Assembly (NCBI GenBank): GCA_963665235.2
Contig: CAXXLX010000002.1
Location: 448,001-512,000 of the forward strand
Direction of reading: 5' to 3'
DNA from: Candidatus Poribacteria bacterium
GTDB taxonomy: Bacteria > Poribacteria > WGA-4E > WGA-3G
Length of the DNA: 64,000 nt
The position numbers and the translations under genes are program-made. The notes under the pieces are model-generated. The model saw only the letters and a list, made by a program, of their open reading frames with translations. It was not told where the DNA came from and did not search any database. The first letter of the stretch is position 1, and the number at the start of each line of letters is the position of its first letter. Shown piece after piece: positions 38,877 through 49,006 of the stretch.

Positions 38877-39332
38877 ATGGAACAGAGAAGACTGAAAATT
38901 ATCGCTGCGAGTGCTATTTTGCTCACCACTATGGCAGTTTTGGTGGTGGCGGGGATTAAAAAAACGAGTATACAGTATTTTACACCTGCTGACCTAGTGG
39001 CGAACGCGGCCACGATTAACAATAAAAGGGTACAGGTCGATGGTGCCGTTTTGGAGGGCAGCTCACATTGGGATGCAGCGAATTTTAAGTTGACCTTTGC
39101 TGTACGCAACCGCGACACTGAAGATGCTGCGAACGCCACAGTCAATGTAATCTTCGCGGACCGGCTCAAACCGGATAACTTCATGGATGGCGGCAGTGTT
39201 TTTGTGGAAGGCAGATACGATGCGGACCGAAATCTTGTCATCGCTACGAAGGTAATGACCAAGTGCGCTTCCAAATACGAGAGTGCGGACAGCACGACAA
39301 CGGACAGTGATACTTCGTATCTCGAGCAATAA
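38877..39332 (+). CDS. ccmE: Heme chaperone CcmE, Cys variant
   Basis: N-terminal TM, YFTP, PDNF..G..VFVEG, ATKVMTKCASKY. Confidence 0.92.
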   Translation: MEQRRLKIIAASAILLTTMAVLVVAGIKKTSIQYFTPADLVANAATINNKRVQVDGAVLEGSSHWDAANFKLTFAVRNRDTEDAANATVNVIFADRLKPDNFMDGGSVFVEGRYDADRNLVIATKVMTKCASKYESADSTTTDSDTSYLEQ

Positions 39333-39364
39333 GAGGTTTCCGACGAACGTTCTTTTAGGGAGGT

Positions 39365-41467
39365 ATGAAACAGATGACTGCTGAACTCGGACAAGCCGCG
39401 ATATGGTTGTCTGTCCTTTCTGCGTTGTGGGCAATTGTTTTTCTCTGCATCGGATTGCGGCAGAGAAATCGGAACGCTGTACAGAGCGGTAGAAACGCTG
39501 TTATCGCCACATTCGTTCTCATCAGCATTGCAACTGGCGCGTTAATCTTCGGATTTGTGACCGACGATTTTTCCATGCGTTACGTCGTTGAGGTATCCAG
39601 TGAAGCGCAACCCCTCCTCTATAAAATCACCGCACTCTGGGGACGCATGTCCGGTTCTCTCCTATTTTGGCTCTGGCTGCTTACTGTAGCAGGGGCAGTC
39701 GTCGTTTTGCAAAACCGACGTGCCACCGACACCCTTGCCGATTATGCACTGATTCCAATTACCGTTGTACAGCTCTTTTTCATCGTTCTTGTCACCGGGT
39801 TAATTGAGGGGGTTTATAACCCGCTTGCCCGATTTCCGGGCGGACAGGTGGCACCCGATGGAAGCGGCATGAACCCGCTCCTTCAGACACCAAGCATGGC
39901 GTTCCACCCGCCAACGTTATATATCGGTTGGATTAGTCTAACGGTGCCGTTTGCGTATGCTGTCGGCGCGCTTGCCTCCGGTAGAATCGGAACCGATTGG
40001 ATATACCGTTCACGTAGATGGATGCTATTTTCATGGATTGTGTTGACTGTCGGCATCACCCTCGGCGGAAATTGGGCATACCGCGAACTTGGGTGGGGAG
40101 GCTACTGGGCCTGGGATCCGGTTGAAAATGCCTCTTTTATGCCGTGGCTTCTGGGCACCGCATATCTGCACTCCGTGATGATTCAAGAGAAGCGGAATAT
40201 GCTCAAATTGTGGAATATTCTGCTTATTACGTTAGCCTTCCAGTTCACGTTATTGGGGACGTTTATTACGCGAAGTGGCATTATCACTTCGGTGCATGCC
40301 TTCGCGCAATCCGACATCGGTGGATATTTCCTCAGCTTCATCTTAGCCTCAACAGGGGGTGTCATCGCGCTTATTGTGTATCGCTGGAAGCGGCTTAAAA
40401 GTGCAAATCGGCTCGAATCGCTGCTCTCCCGCGAGAGCGCGTTTGTTCTGAATAACTGGCTCCTGGTCGGCTTAACCTTGATTATCCTCTGGGGGACGTT
40501 GTGGCCTATTGTCTCCGAAGCGATTAACGGTCAAAAATCGTCTGTCCCGGAGACCTTCTTTAACAAGGTTGTTATTATTCCAGGGTTATTGCTTCTCTTT
40601 TTGACCGGTGCCGGCCCTATCATTTCTTGGAAAAAGATTACGCCTAACAATTTTCGCCGCATGTTTTTATGGCCCCTGTTAATCGGTTTGATAGTAGGGG
40701 CAGCAACCTGGGTATTTTTTGCTGTCAGAGCACGGACCGCTATAGCGAATACTGAAGCTGCCGATGCTAATTTGTTTACGCAGGCGTGGGCATTTCTTAC
40801 TTTCAGCGGACAACCGATGCCAATCTATTCAGCACTTTGTGTTTTCGCAGGCGTTTTCGTGTTCGTTGCGATTTTTAGCGAATTTTATCGCGGTGCAAAA
40901 CTTCGAGCAAAACGGCAGGAAACGAGCTTTTTTGAAGGGTTAGGGCTTCTCATTCAGCGGAACAAAAGACGTTATGGCGGTTATATTGTCCATATCGGAA
41001 TTGTTATCGTCTACCTCGGCATTATGGGGTCAAAAGGGTATTTTCTACTTGAGTCTGCAAGCTTAAAACTTGGCGAGTCAATGCAGGTCGGCGAATATCA
41101 GCTGACGATGAAGGACACATTTCAGGAGGAACACCAAAATTACCTTCGCGCAGGCGTTGTTTTTGATGTTCAAAAGGATGGAGAACCGCACGGCACCATG
41201 GAACCTGCTCGCCACTTCTATTATAAAGCAGGGCAGGGTGAACAGGATACCATTGAATCCGCAATACGTCATTTCGGGGTGAACGACCTTTATATCGCCC
41301 TCGGGCCCTTGCCATCAAATATCGGGGCAGACACCCATGTCAACGTCCAAGCCTATCACAATCCGCTAATCAGCGTGGTTTGGATTGGGGTCGCTATAAT
41401 GGTGATAGGCGGCATTGTCGCCATACTGGAGAAGTACGAACCTAAACCACGTTCCCAAATAGGATAA
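39365..41467 (+). CDS. ccmF: Cytochrome c heme lyase CcmF
   Basis: GMNPLLQ..MAFHPP, WAYRELGWGGYWAWDPVEN and SVHAF motifs. Confidence 0.97.
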   Translation: MKQMTAELGQAAIWLSVLSALWAIVFLCIGLRQRNRNAVQSGRNAVIATFVLISIATGALIFGFVTDDFSMRYVVEVSSEAQPLLYKITALWGRMSGSLLFWLWLLTVAGAVVVLQNRRATDTLADYALIPITVVQLFFIVLVTGLIEGVYNPLARFPGGQVAPDGSGMNPLLQTPSMAFHPPTLYIGWISLTVPFAYAVGALASGRIGTDWIYRSRRWMLFSWIVLTVGITLGGNWAYRELGWGGYWAWDPVENASFMPWLLGTAYLHSVMIQEKRNMLKLWNILLITLAFQFTLLGTFITRSGIITSVHAFAQSDIGGYFLSFILASTGGVIALIVYRWKRLKSANRLESLLSRESAFVLNNWLLVGLTLIILWGTLWPIVSEAINGQKSSVPETFFNKVVIIPGLLLLFLTGAGPIISWKKITPNNFRRMFLWPLLIGLIVGAATWVFFAVRARTAIANTEAADANLFTQAWAFLTFSGQPMPIYSALCVFAGVFVFVAIFSEFYRGAKLRAKRQETSFFEGLGLLIQRNKRRYGGYIVHIGIVIVYLGIMGSKGYFLLESASLKLGESMQVGEYQLTMKDTFQEEHQNYLRAGVVFDVQKDGEPHGTMEPARHFYYKAGQGEQDTIESAIRHFGVNDLYIALGPLPSNIGADTHVNVQAYHNPLISVVWIGVAIMVIGGIVAILEKYEPKPRSQIG

Positions 41468-41618
41468 CCTAAGTTGCCACATAGTAGCATAATCTTCCAG
41501 ATTGTGCATATTTGTGTGCAAATTGGAAGTGAACGGGACAAATATTAGCTAATTATCAGCATATTTTCATTAAAGACGGTTTTTCCAAGTCTAAAAACTT
41601 ATAAGTAGCAACTTGGGT
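41467..41618. mobile_element. 152-bp MITE-like element between ccmF and ccmH-like
   Basis: TIR ACCTAAGTTGCCAC / GTAGCAACTTGGGT; flanked by TAGGATA at 41460-41466 and 41619-41625; internal GTAG hairpin at 41484. Confidence 0.7.
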
Positions 41619-41634
41619 TAGGATAGGTGTTCTC

Positions 41635-42156
41635 ATGAAAATCCGAAATTTGCGATGTCCACTAACACTCTGTGTTGTTTTTTCTATGCTATTTGTCTGC
41701 ACAGCCATCGCACAGGAACAAGTAGAGGCAACCATCCCTCTCAAACCAGCAGAGATTGACTCCGGATTAAACGAGTTGATGACGACAGTTTACTGTCCAT
41801 GTGGATGTGTCCGAGAAACAATCAAGGCGTGTGTATGTGCCACGGCGCAGCAAATTGAGGCTGATTTTCGGAACGTATTGACCGCTGGTGGAATTGTTCA
41901 TGAAATCCGTACTGCTTACCTTCAAAGACACGGACCGCAGTTTTCTGCTGTTATGCCCGCAAAAGGTATCAATCTGCTTGCGTATCTGATGCCTATAGGC
42001 ATTCTCATCGCCCTGGGGGCGGTAGTTGTCGTTGTTTTGCGTAGAGCGCGTAATAATGATAATTGGGCACCCCTAACACAACCCGATACGCAGATTTCTA
42101 ATGAACTTCAGCAACAGGTTGAATCGGAACTCGAAAAGTATAAAAAACAAAATTAG
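41635..42156 (+). CDS. ccmH: CcmH/NrfF-like cytochrome c biogenesis protein
   Basis: Signal peptide, CPCGC...C.C, (Y/H)G....P..G.N.LAY..P-type pattern, C-terminal TM; follows ccmF. Confidence 0.75.
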   Translation: MKIRNLRCPLTLCVVFSMLFVCTAIAQEQVEATIPLKPAEIDSGLNELMTTVYCPCGCVRETIKACVCATAQQIEADFRNVLTAGGIVHEIRTAYLQRHGPQFSAVMPAKGINLLAYLMPIGILIALGAVVVVVLRRARNNDNWAPLTQPDTQISNELQQQVESELEKYKKQN

Positions 42157-42166
42157 GAGACGCGCT

Positions 42167-42502
42167 ATGTTTTCTTTTGTGATTCTGTGGTTATTCATTC
42201 TCGGCGTTGCCCTTTTTGTATATCTCGCTTTTCCGCTTTTTACGAAACAACACGTTTTTGAAGAGGTTGACCCTACAGAAGTGCGCAGGCAAGCCTTCTT
42301 TATCGAACGGGAGCAGAGCTACGCCGCTTTAGCGGAACTAGACGAAGATTATGAAACCGGTAAACTTTCAGAAGCAGATTACAAAGAATTACGGACCGCC
42401 CTTTTGCAGGAAACGGCACAAGTTGTTAGTAAACTTGAAGCTGAGGCGAAGGCGGATGTTGAAGATGAAATCGAAAAATATAAACGACAGAGACGCGGAT
42501 AA
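42167..42502 (+). CDS. Small membrane protein resembling the CcmI N-terminal region
   Basis: TM followed by LAELDEDYETGKLSEADYKELR; RBS AGGAG. Confidence 0.7.
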   Translation: MFSFVILWLFILGVALFVYLAFPLFTKQHVFEEVDPTEVRRQAFFIEREQSYAALAELDEDYETGKLSEADYKELRTALLQETAQVVSKLEAEAKADVEDEIEKYKRQRRG

Positions 42503-42514
42503 TGGAGATATATT

Positions 42515-43774
42515 TTGACACACCCGAAAACCGCTAAATGCCTCGGTGGACTTCTCGGAGTATTGCTCACATTTTTTTTCTCGCTTCCGACCGCCTATTC
42601 CCAAAATGAGACAGGAACCATCCACGGCAAACTGATGGACAGACAGTTAGCCAAACCTATCGCCAATCACCCTGTCACCCTTAATATTCATAAGGCAGGG
42701 GACATCACAACACAGGAAACAACAACGGATGAAAATGGGCACTATCGCTTCGAAAATCTGCCGATTGATGTTGAAACACACTATTCAATCTCTACAATTC
42801 ATGAAGGCACGGAACGCGTAGAAAAAGATATAGTCCTAACCTCATTCGTGCCAGACATTGTTGTTGACATTAGCGTTGGGGTGACGACTGATGCATCCCA
42901 GATTCGGATAAAATCACATAATATTGTCATCGGATTCCCGCCTGAAGACCACCCGCAAGATGGTGCCGTGTCAATTATTGAAGCGTATAACGTTGAAAAC
43001 AGCGGAGATTTGCCGTTTCAAACGAAGTATAAAAACGAAAAAGCTGGGCTCTATTTAGCACTTCCTGAGGGGCATTCCATGTTCGAACCACGTGCCCCTG
43101 CCACCTTAAAAATTAATGCTGCGGCCGATCATGTTATCTTGACGGACATGCTACAACCTACCCCAGCAACCGAGCTGTTACAGTTAGGATATACATACAT
43201 CTTTCACGCCAAAGGACATAAACTTAATCTATCCCGTCCCGTGCGTTTTCATACGGAGCAAATTTCAATTTGGGTACCTGAAGGTATTAACCTTGTTCCG
43301 AAATCAAAGCTTTTTAAGCCGGTGACACGTGAGCCGGTTCATAATACAATTTACAATATTTATCAAGCCGCACCAGCAGATGGATTTCCAATAGGTACGT
43401 CCGTTGACTTGCGTTTGGCGGTTCCGCAGCCGAAGTCGAATGTCGGTCAAATGGTGTTTATTGCAATTGCTTCCGCTTTAGCGGGGGGTTTACTCGTGGC
43501 CGCAATTTACCGGCTCCGGCAGGAACGGCGTGCCGCTGCTGCTGCCTCCGATGCCTCGGAAACTATCACACATGACGCGGGATGGCTCCGTAAACTTAAC
43601 GATGCCGATATTGCTGATGCCCGGACTGCTCGACTTGAATTTATAGCACAACTTGACGACATGCACGAAAAACAGGAAATTTCGGAACGCGTCTATAACC
43701 GATTACGGAAAGAACAGACCGAACGTCTTACCGAGATTCTCGACCAGCACAAAGAACGCGGATTAGATAATTGA
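42515..43774 (+). CDS. Membrane-anchored protein with carboxypeptidase-regulatory-like domain and CcmI-like tail
   Basis: Signal peptide, GTIHG...TTDENGHYRF, C-terminal TM, IAQLDDMHEKQEISERVY. Confidence 0.7.
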   Translation: MTHPKTAKCLGGLLGVLLTFFFSLPTAYSQNETGTIHGKLMDRQLAKPIANHPVTLNIHKAGDITTQETTTDENGHYRFENLPIDVETHYSISTIHEGTERVEKDIVLTSFVPDIVVDISVGVTTDASQIRIKSHNIVIGFPPEDHPQDGAVSIIEAYNVENSGDLPFQTKYKNEKAGLYLALPEGHSMFEPRAPATLKINAAADHVILTDMLQPTPATELLQLGYTYIFHAKGHKLNLSRPVRFHTEQISIWVPEGINLVPKSKLFKPVTREPVHNTIYNIYQAAPADGFPIGTSVDLRLAVPQPKSNVGQMVFIAIASALAGGLLVAAIYRLRQERRAAAAASDASETITHDAGWLRKLNDADIADARTARLEFIAQLDDMHEKQEISERVYNRLRKEQTERLTEILDQHKERGLDN

Positions 43775-43789
43775 AAAGGATATGATGAA

Positions 43790-44398
43790 ATGGACACTGA
43801 AGAACAGATTGCTGAATTGATTGAAGATTTCGCCGAGTTTGACGATGATGCACGCGACGCTGCTAAAGCGGCATTAATCGATATCGGTGAACCCGCAATA
43901 CCACAATTGATTGAGGCACTTGCCGATAATCTATGGGAGGTCGCCGATCAGGCGGCTGATGTCTTAGCCGCTATTGGTGAACGGGTAATACCGGCACTCA
44001 TGGAAGAGCTGGAGGTTGCTCCAAAACATCAGGCACTGGCTCTAAGCGACACGTTTACCCGTATGGGTGAAACGGCAATCCCTGCCTTGGTTGAAGCATT
44101 AAACAATAGACTAAATGAAGACCTCCGAGAATATGCTGTTCGCGCACTCGGTGGGATGGGGGTTACGGCAATTAACGCGATACCCGCCCTTATTCAAGCT
44201 TTGACCGACCCCGCCGATGAGGTGCGTACCTATTCTGCTTATGCCCTCGCTAAAATGGAATCGGCAGCTGCAGCTGCTGTACCCGCTCTTATCGAGGCAC
44301 TTGAAGATGATTCTGAACGGGTCCAACAGCATGTCGCTTTCGCATTAGATAAAATTGGAACGCCAGAGGCACAGGAAGCACTTAGAGCCTTATTGTAG
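43790..44398 (+). CDS. HEAT/PBS-lyase repeat protein
   Basis: Repeated AIPALI(E/Q)AL.D...VR..AA.AL..(I/M)G units. Confidence 0.9.
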   Translation: MDTEEQIAELIEDFAEFDDDARDAAKAALIDIGEPAIPQLIEALADNLWEVADQAADVLAAIGERVIPALMEELEVAPKHQALALSDTFTRMGETAIPALVEALNNRLNEDLREYAVRALGGMGVTAINAIPALIQALTDPADEVRTYSAYALAKMESAAAAAVPALIEALEDDSERVQQHVAFALDKIGTPEAQEALRALL

Positions 44399-44419
44399 AG
44401 AGGAAGAGGGAGAGAAGTC

Positions 44420-45977
44420 ATGTCTGAAATAGAAGAGAAAGGTAGCGAGATAAAAAAGGCGAATACGCCCCGGAAACGTGCCAATGAACTCGATGGGAAG
44501 ACGTGGTTGCGATACTCAGTATCCGTATGGAGCGATATCCGGAAAACGAAAGAGGAGGTTGCGCTAAAACACCCTGCAATGTTTCCAAGCGCGCTAGCGT
44601 TTAACGAGCTGCTTGAAGTTATTGACTCTGGTATCGGATTAGTTGGTTCATAACGTATGGAGCGATATCCGGACAGCATGTCCCAGCAACTTAAATGATT
44701 AGATAAAATTGCGGACCCGCCTACACCCAGTTTCAAGGCATTGCAGGTAAAGATTTGAAAACCTAGAGCGTTCCGACACCGAAGTCGAGTATTGAGTGAT
44801 TGCAATCTTTCGGTTTGCTCGAGAGAACGCTTCCTGTTAGCGGAAAAGATGGAGTGACTCGCATATCTCACGAGAAATACGAGCCGATGTGCTGAAAAAC
44901 GAGACCTTGGAGCAATTGTAAGGTAGCGCAGCGATGGAAAAAAAGCGTCCACAAGATACCAAAAATCCGGATTATGATGAAACGTAAACAACACCGAAGC
45001 TTTTTCCCGAAACGCTGCCGCTATGAACTCGATGGGATGAGACCAATTTGTGGATTTGCGATACTCAGCCTTATCCGTGGATGTCCATGGAGCGATATCA
45101 ACACACATTAAAACCGAAGCTTTTGAACGATTGCGAAAAGACCTCGAGTTTCACTATAGTAAAAGGTTGCGCAGTTGCAGCTTCTGTACCCGAATAAAAC
45201 ACATGTCGCGGCTGCTTTCAAAGCGGATGTTTCGACCCAACGTGGATAGAAAGTTTACAACTCGATGCACGTATAAAACTCAAAAAACTAAAACACCCCG
45301 CAATTCGCTGCGCGCTAGCGCGTCGACTTATTGAGTGTTTGGCACGGCCTGAAGCCACTTTAATTCTTGATCCTTTCGCCGGAGTTGGTTCTACGCTGCT
45401 CGCTGCGAAGGAGTTGGGCAAGCCATCTATCGGTCTAGAGATTTCTCCGGAATTCGCGCAAATCGCTGAGGGACGCATAAGTCAAATGCTACCGTTTTCT
45501 GGACAGGTAGATGCAAAAGTTCATGCTGCTGATAGCCGCGAACTTTATCGGTACGTTCCGCCAAACAGTGTGGATATGGTAGTGACATCACCGCCGTATT
45601 GGGATATTCTGTTGCAAAAAAGAACCGCGGATAATAAACCGCAGCGCGATTATGGGGACTCAGCAGCAGATTTAGGGAAAATCCGGGATTACGAAAAATT
45701 CCTACTGGAACTTCGCAAAGTTTTTGAGCAGGTTTATGCCGTAATGAAGTCCAAAAGTTATTGCTGTGTTATTGTTATGGATTTGCGAAAAAAGAACCGC
45801 TTTTATCCGTATCATCTCGACATTTCACAGTTGATGGTGGATATCGGTTTCATTTTTGATGATACTATTATTTGGAATCGAGCACAAGAATACAACAACT
45901 TAAGACCGTTAGGATATCCGAGTGTTTTCCGTGTTAATAAAGTTCACGAGTTCATTTTGATTTTTCAAAAACCGTAA
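44420..45977 (+). pseudogene. DNA methyltransferase (N4-C-like) split by a 721-nt insert at 44600-45320
   Basis: 44420-44599 joined to 45321-45977 is in frame (HPAMFPSALA|RRLIECL...DPFAGVGST...TSPPY); 11-bp direct repeat GCGCGCTAGCG at both junctions. Confidence 0.85.
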
Positions 45978-46060
45978 GAAACCTTCATATCTTCTAGGAA
46001 ATGTCAAAATTAGGTTCCCCAGCAAACATTGTGGCAAATTTGTGAAATTTAAAGAAAAAT

Positions 46061-46089
46061 TTGAAAATGCTATGAAAATGTGGTATAAT
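46061..46089 (+). promoter_or_regulatory. sigma70-type promoter for korAB
   Basis: TTGAAA-17-TATAAT with TG extension. Confidence 0.6.
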
Positions 46090-46207
46090 TAAAAAAAGTG
46101 AAGTTTTGAATTTTCCACATAAGAAATTTCATGACCCTCGTTGAAAAATCTGAATTTGAGAGAAGTCATTAACAAATAAATTTGATTACAATCAGAAAGG
46201 AGCCAAG

Positions 46208-48001
46208 ATGGCAAAATACGATTTTGTAGTCGCCATAGGAGGGGCACCTGGGCAAGGTATAGACACGCTTGGGCTCAGTCTGGGTCGAATCTGTGCGCGG
46301 TATGGTCTACATGTTTTTACTTATAGTGCCTACCAATCCCTTATCCGCGGCGGCCATACCTTCCTTACCCTCAGAATTAGTTCTGAACCTGTTGCCAACC
46401 ACGGCGACGAGATAGACCTTATCATAGCCCTCGATCGAAACAGTATAGAAACGCATCTACCGCACGTCAGACCCGGCGGCGCACTTATCTATAACAGCGA
46501 TGATGTCAAACAAGCACCGGAACGGGACGATATCCAGTTGTGTCCTATTCCTTACAAAGAGTTCTCCAGCAGCATTGAAGATAGAACGTTACAGAAAAGG
46601 TGTCTAAATACGTGCATGCTTGGGGCGACTTTGGGGATTGTCGGGGCGGACTTAAAGGTGCTTGAGGAGATAATCATCGGCGCGCTTCTCAAACGCAAAG
46701 GCCAGGAGGTTGTGGATGCCAACATCATGGTAGCGACCGCGGGTTATGAGCAAGCTGTCGAAAACTTTACGCCATTTGATGCTAAGTTTGAGAAACAGGA
46801 GCCCGCGCTTGCGTTCGTTGATGGCAATGGAGCGATGGCAATGGGCGGGGCCGCCGCAGGTGTTAAGTTTTATTGTGCCTATCCAATGAGTCCGTCGACG
46901 GGTGTCCTCCATTGGATGGCGGCGAATGCACGAAATCTGAACATTATGGTGCGTCAGTGTGAAGACGAAATTAGCGTTATCAACATGGTTATCGGTGCTG
47001 CACACGCGGGATGTCGTGCGATGTGTGCTACATCCGGCGGCGGATTTGCACTTATGTCGGAGGCAATTGGCAGTGCAGCCATGATGGAAATTCCTATCGT
47101 AGTAATCAACGTCCAGCGGGGTGGCCCCTCTACAGGTTTACCCACAAAAACTGAGCAAGGCGATTTATGGCAACTCCTCGGTGCCAGCCAAGGCGACTTT
47201 CCAAAGATTATTGTCGCGCCCACCAGTATCATGGATGGGTTTGACACTATCCCCGAACTTTTCAATCTCGTTGATAAATTTCAGTGCCCCGGTATGGTGC
47301 TGTCAGATCTGACCCTATCCATGGGGTATACGACGTTTGTTCCTGATTCTATTAACTGGCAACCCGAAATTGACCGCGGTGAATTGATAACGGACCTTGG
47401 GCAAATGGATGAAGAATATCTGCGGTATCAGATTACCGACAGCGGTATTTCACCCCGGGCACTTCCAGGCACCCCAGGTCACATGCACGTCGTCGCGACC
47501 GATGACCACGACGAGGATGGCGGTCTAATTAGTGACGAATTTACGAACCCGCATAAACGACGCGACATCATGGAGAAGCGGCAACGGAAGATGGCCGGTA
47601 TCGTTGAACTTCTCCCACCGCCGACACTTGAGGGCCCTGAGGATGCAGAAGTTACCCTCATTGGATGGGGATCGACACACGGTGTGATTAGTGAGGCTGT
47701 GCAGTTGCTAACCGAAGAGGGTATTACAACGAACCATATTCAGTTCAAATGGCTCTATCCGATGGATGAGGATGCGGTAAACGAAGTCTTGGCCAAATCG
47801 GGGCATGCTGTTATTGTTGAATGCAACTACACCGGTCAGTTCGCCCGGTTCCTGCGAGGCGAAACAGGTTTTAAGGCGGATGGACATATCCGAAAATACG
47901 ACGGTGAACCGTTTATGCCGCACCATATCGCTGACGGTATCCGTGAACTTTTAATCGGCAAAACCGACCTCTATGTTCCATATCAGGAAATTGTTGTCTA
48001 A
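46208..48001 (+). CDS. korA: 2-oxoacid:ferredoxin oxidoreductase alpha subunit (fused gamma)
   Basis: GGAPGQG, YPMSPST, EDEI, ATSGGG and QRGGPSTGLPTKTEQ motifs. Confidence 0.93.
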   Translation: MAKYDFVVAIGGAPGQGIDTLGLSLGRICARYGLHVFTYSAYQSLIRGGHTFLTLRISSEPVANHGDEIDLIIALDRNSIETHLPHVRPGGALIYNSDDVKQAPERDDIQLCPIPYKEFSSSIEDRTLQKRCLNTCMLGATLGIVGADLKVLEEIIIGALLKRKGQEVVDANIMVATAGYEQAVENFTPFDAKFEKQEPALAFVDGNGAMAMGGAAAGVKFYCAYPMSPSTGVLHWMAANARNLNIMVRQCEDEISVINMVIGAAHAGCRAMCATSGGGFALMSEAIGSAAMMEIPIVVINVQRGGPSTGLPTKTEQGDLWQLLGASQGDFPKIIVAPTSIMDGFDTIPELFNLVDKFQCPGMVLSDLTLSMGYTTFVPDSINWQPEIDRGELITDLGQMDEEYLRYQITDSGISPRALPGTPGHMHVVATDDHDEDGGLISDEFTNPHKRRDIMEKRQRKMAGIVELLPPPTLEGPEDAEVTLIGWGSTHGVISEAVQLLTEEGITTNHIQFKWLYPMDEDAVNEVLAKSGHAVIVECNYTGQFARFLRGETGFKADGHIRKYDGEPFMPHHIADGIRELLIGKTDLYVPYQEIVV

Positions 48002-48019
48002 CGAAGGAGGAAAAATCAG

Positions 48020-48913
48020 ATGGCAAAAAAAGAGAGACCTATTCAAGGCGCGCCTACCGCGAAAGATTTTAGAGGCATCAAACCAGATTGGTGTCCGGGT
48101 TGTGGTGATTTTGGGGTGCTCAATGCGTTACAAAACGCGTATGCAAAACTCGGCCGTGGCAATCACGATCATCTCACCGTTAGCGGAATCGGATGTTCCT
48201 CTAATCTCCCTGGCTACATTCGGACTTATGGCATGCATACCCTGCATGGGCGTGCACTCCCTGTAGCAACGGGTGCTAAACTCGCCAACCACAATTTAAA
48301 TGTCGTCGTCACTGGCGGTGATGGAGATGGATACGGCATCGGCGGAAATCATTTTCTTCATACCATGCGGAAAAATGTTGACCTTCTCTACATTGTTATG
48401 AACAATGAGACTTACGGGTTGACCGTTGGGCAAGCCTCCCCCACTACCATTGTAGGGGAAAAGACGAAAAGCACACCGTTCGGTAATATAGAAACCCCTC
48501 TCAATCCGGTTGCTATGGCAATTGTCGGGGGAGCCACGTACGTCGCCAGAGCCTATAGTTCTAAAGGTGCACAACTTGCCGAATTGATGCACGACGGGAT
48601 GAAACACAAAGGATTCGCGTTTATTGATGTTATCAGTCCGTGTGTTACGTGGAAGGGCGGAAGTGATGAAATTTTCCCGTATTGGAAGGAACGGCTCCAA
48701 GACCTTGAGAATCATGACACAAGCGATAAAGCGGCGGCCCTTGAACAAGCCGTTAAGACCGATTATGAAACGCAGATTGGGTTATTCTATCACGATACAA
48801 GTCGCCCCTCCTTGGATCAGATGGAACCTGTTTTGGAAAATGGGCCGATGGCGCATCAACCCCTCGGTATTACGCAGGAACAGGGTGACGCGATTGTCCA
48901 ACGTATGATGTAA
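48020..48913 (+). CDS. korB: 2-oxoacid:ferredoxin oxidoreductase beta subunit
   Basis: WCPGCGD, SGIGCS, GGDGD...NN TPP motif, SPCVT. Confidence 0.94.
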   Translation: MAKKERPIQGAPTAKDFRGIKPDWCPGCGDFGVLNALQNAYAKLGRGNHDHLTVSGIGCSSNLPGYIRTYGMHTLHGRALPVATGAKLANHNLNVVVTGGDGDGYGIGGNHFLHTMRKNVDLLYIVMNNETYGLTVGQASPTTIVGEKTKSTPFGNIETPLNPVAMAIVGGATYVARAYSSKGAQLAELMHDGMKHKGFAFIDVISPCVTWKGGSDEIFPYWKERLQDLENHDTSDKAAALEQAVKTDYETQIGLFYHDTSRPSLDQMEPVLENGPMAHQPLGITQEQGDAIVQRMM

Positions 48914-49006
48914 AACGGAACCGTAAGGGAGCGGGTACAACAGTTCGGGTTGCAGGTTTTCCACTACTTCGCAATAGGTATCAACAAGGAGGTTGGGATT
49001 AACGTT

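Noticed and set aside
44239-45108. 289-aa minus-strand ORF
   Set aside because: About 40% is antisense to two real genes and the rest crosses the scrambled insert with no recognisable motif. Its length is notable but not enough to call a gene.
44600-45320. Group I/II intron, intein or IS in the methyltransferase
   Set aside because: No GTGCG...AY ends, TIRs, transposase or continuous plus-strand frame is seen.
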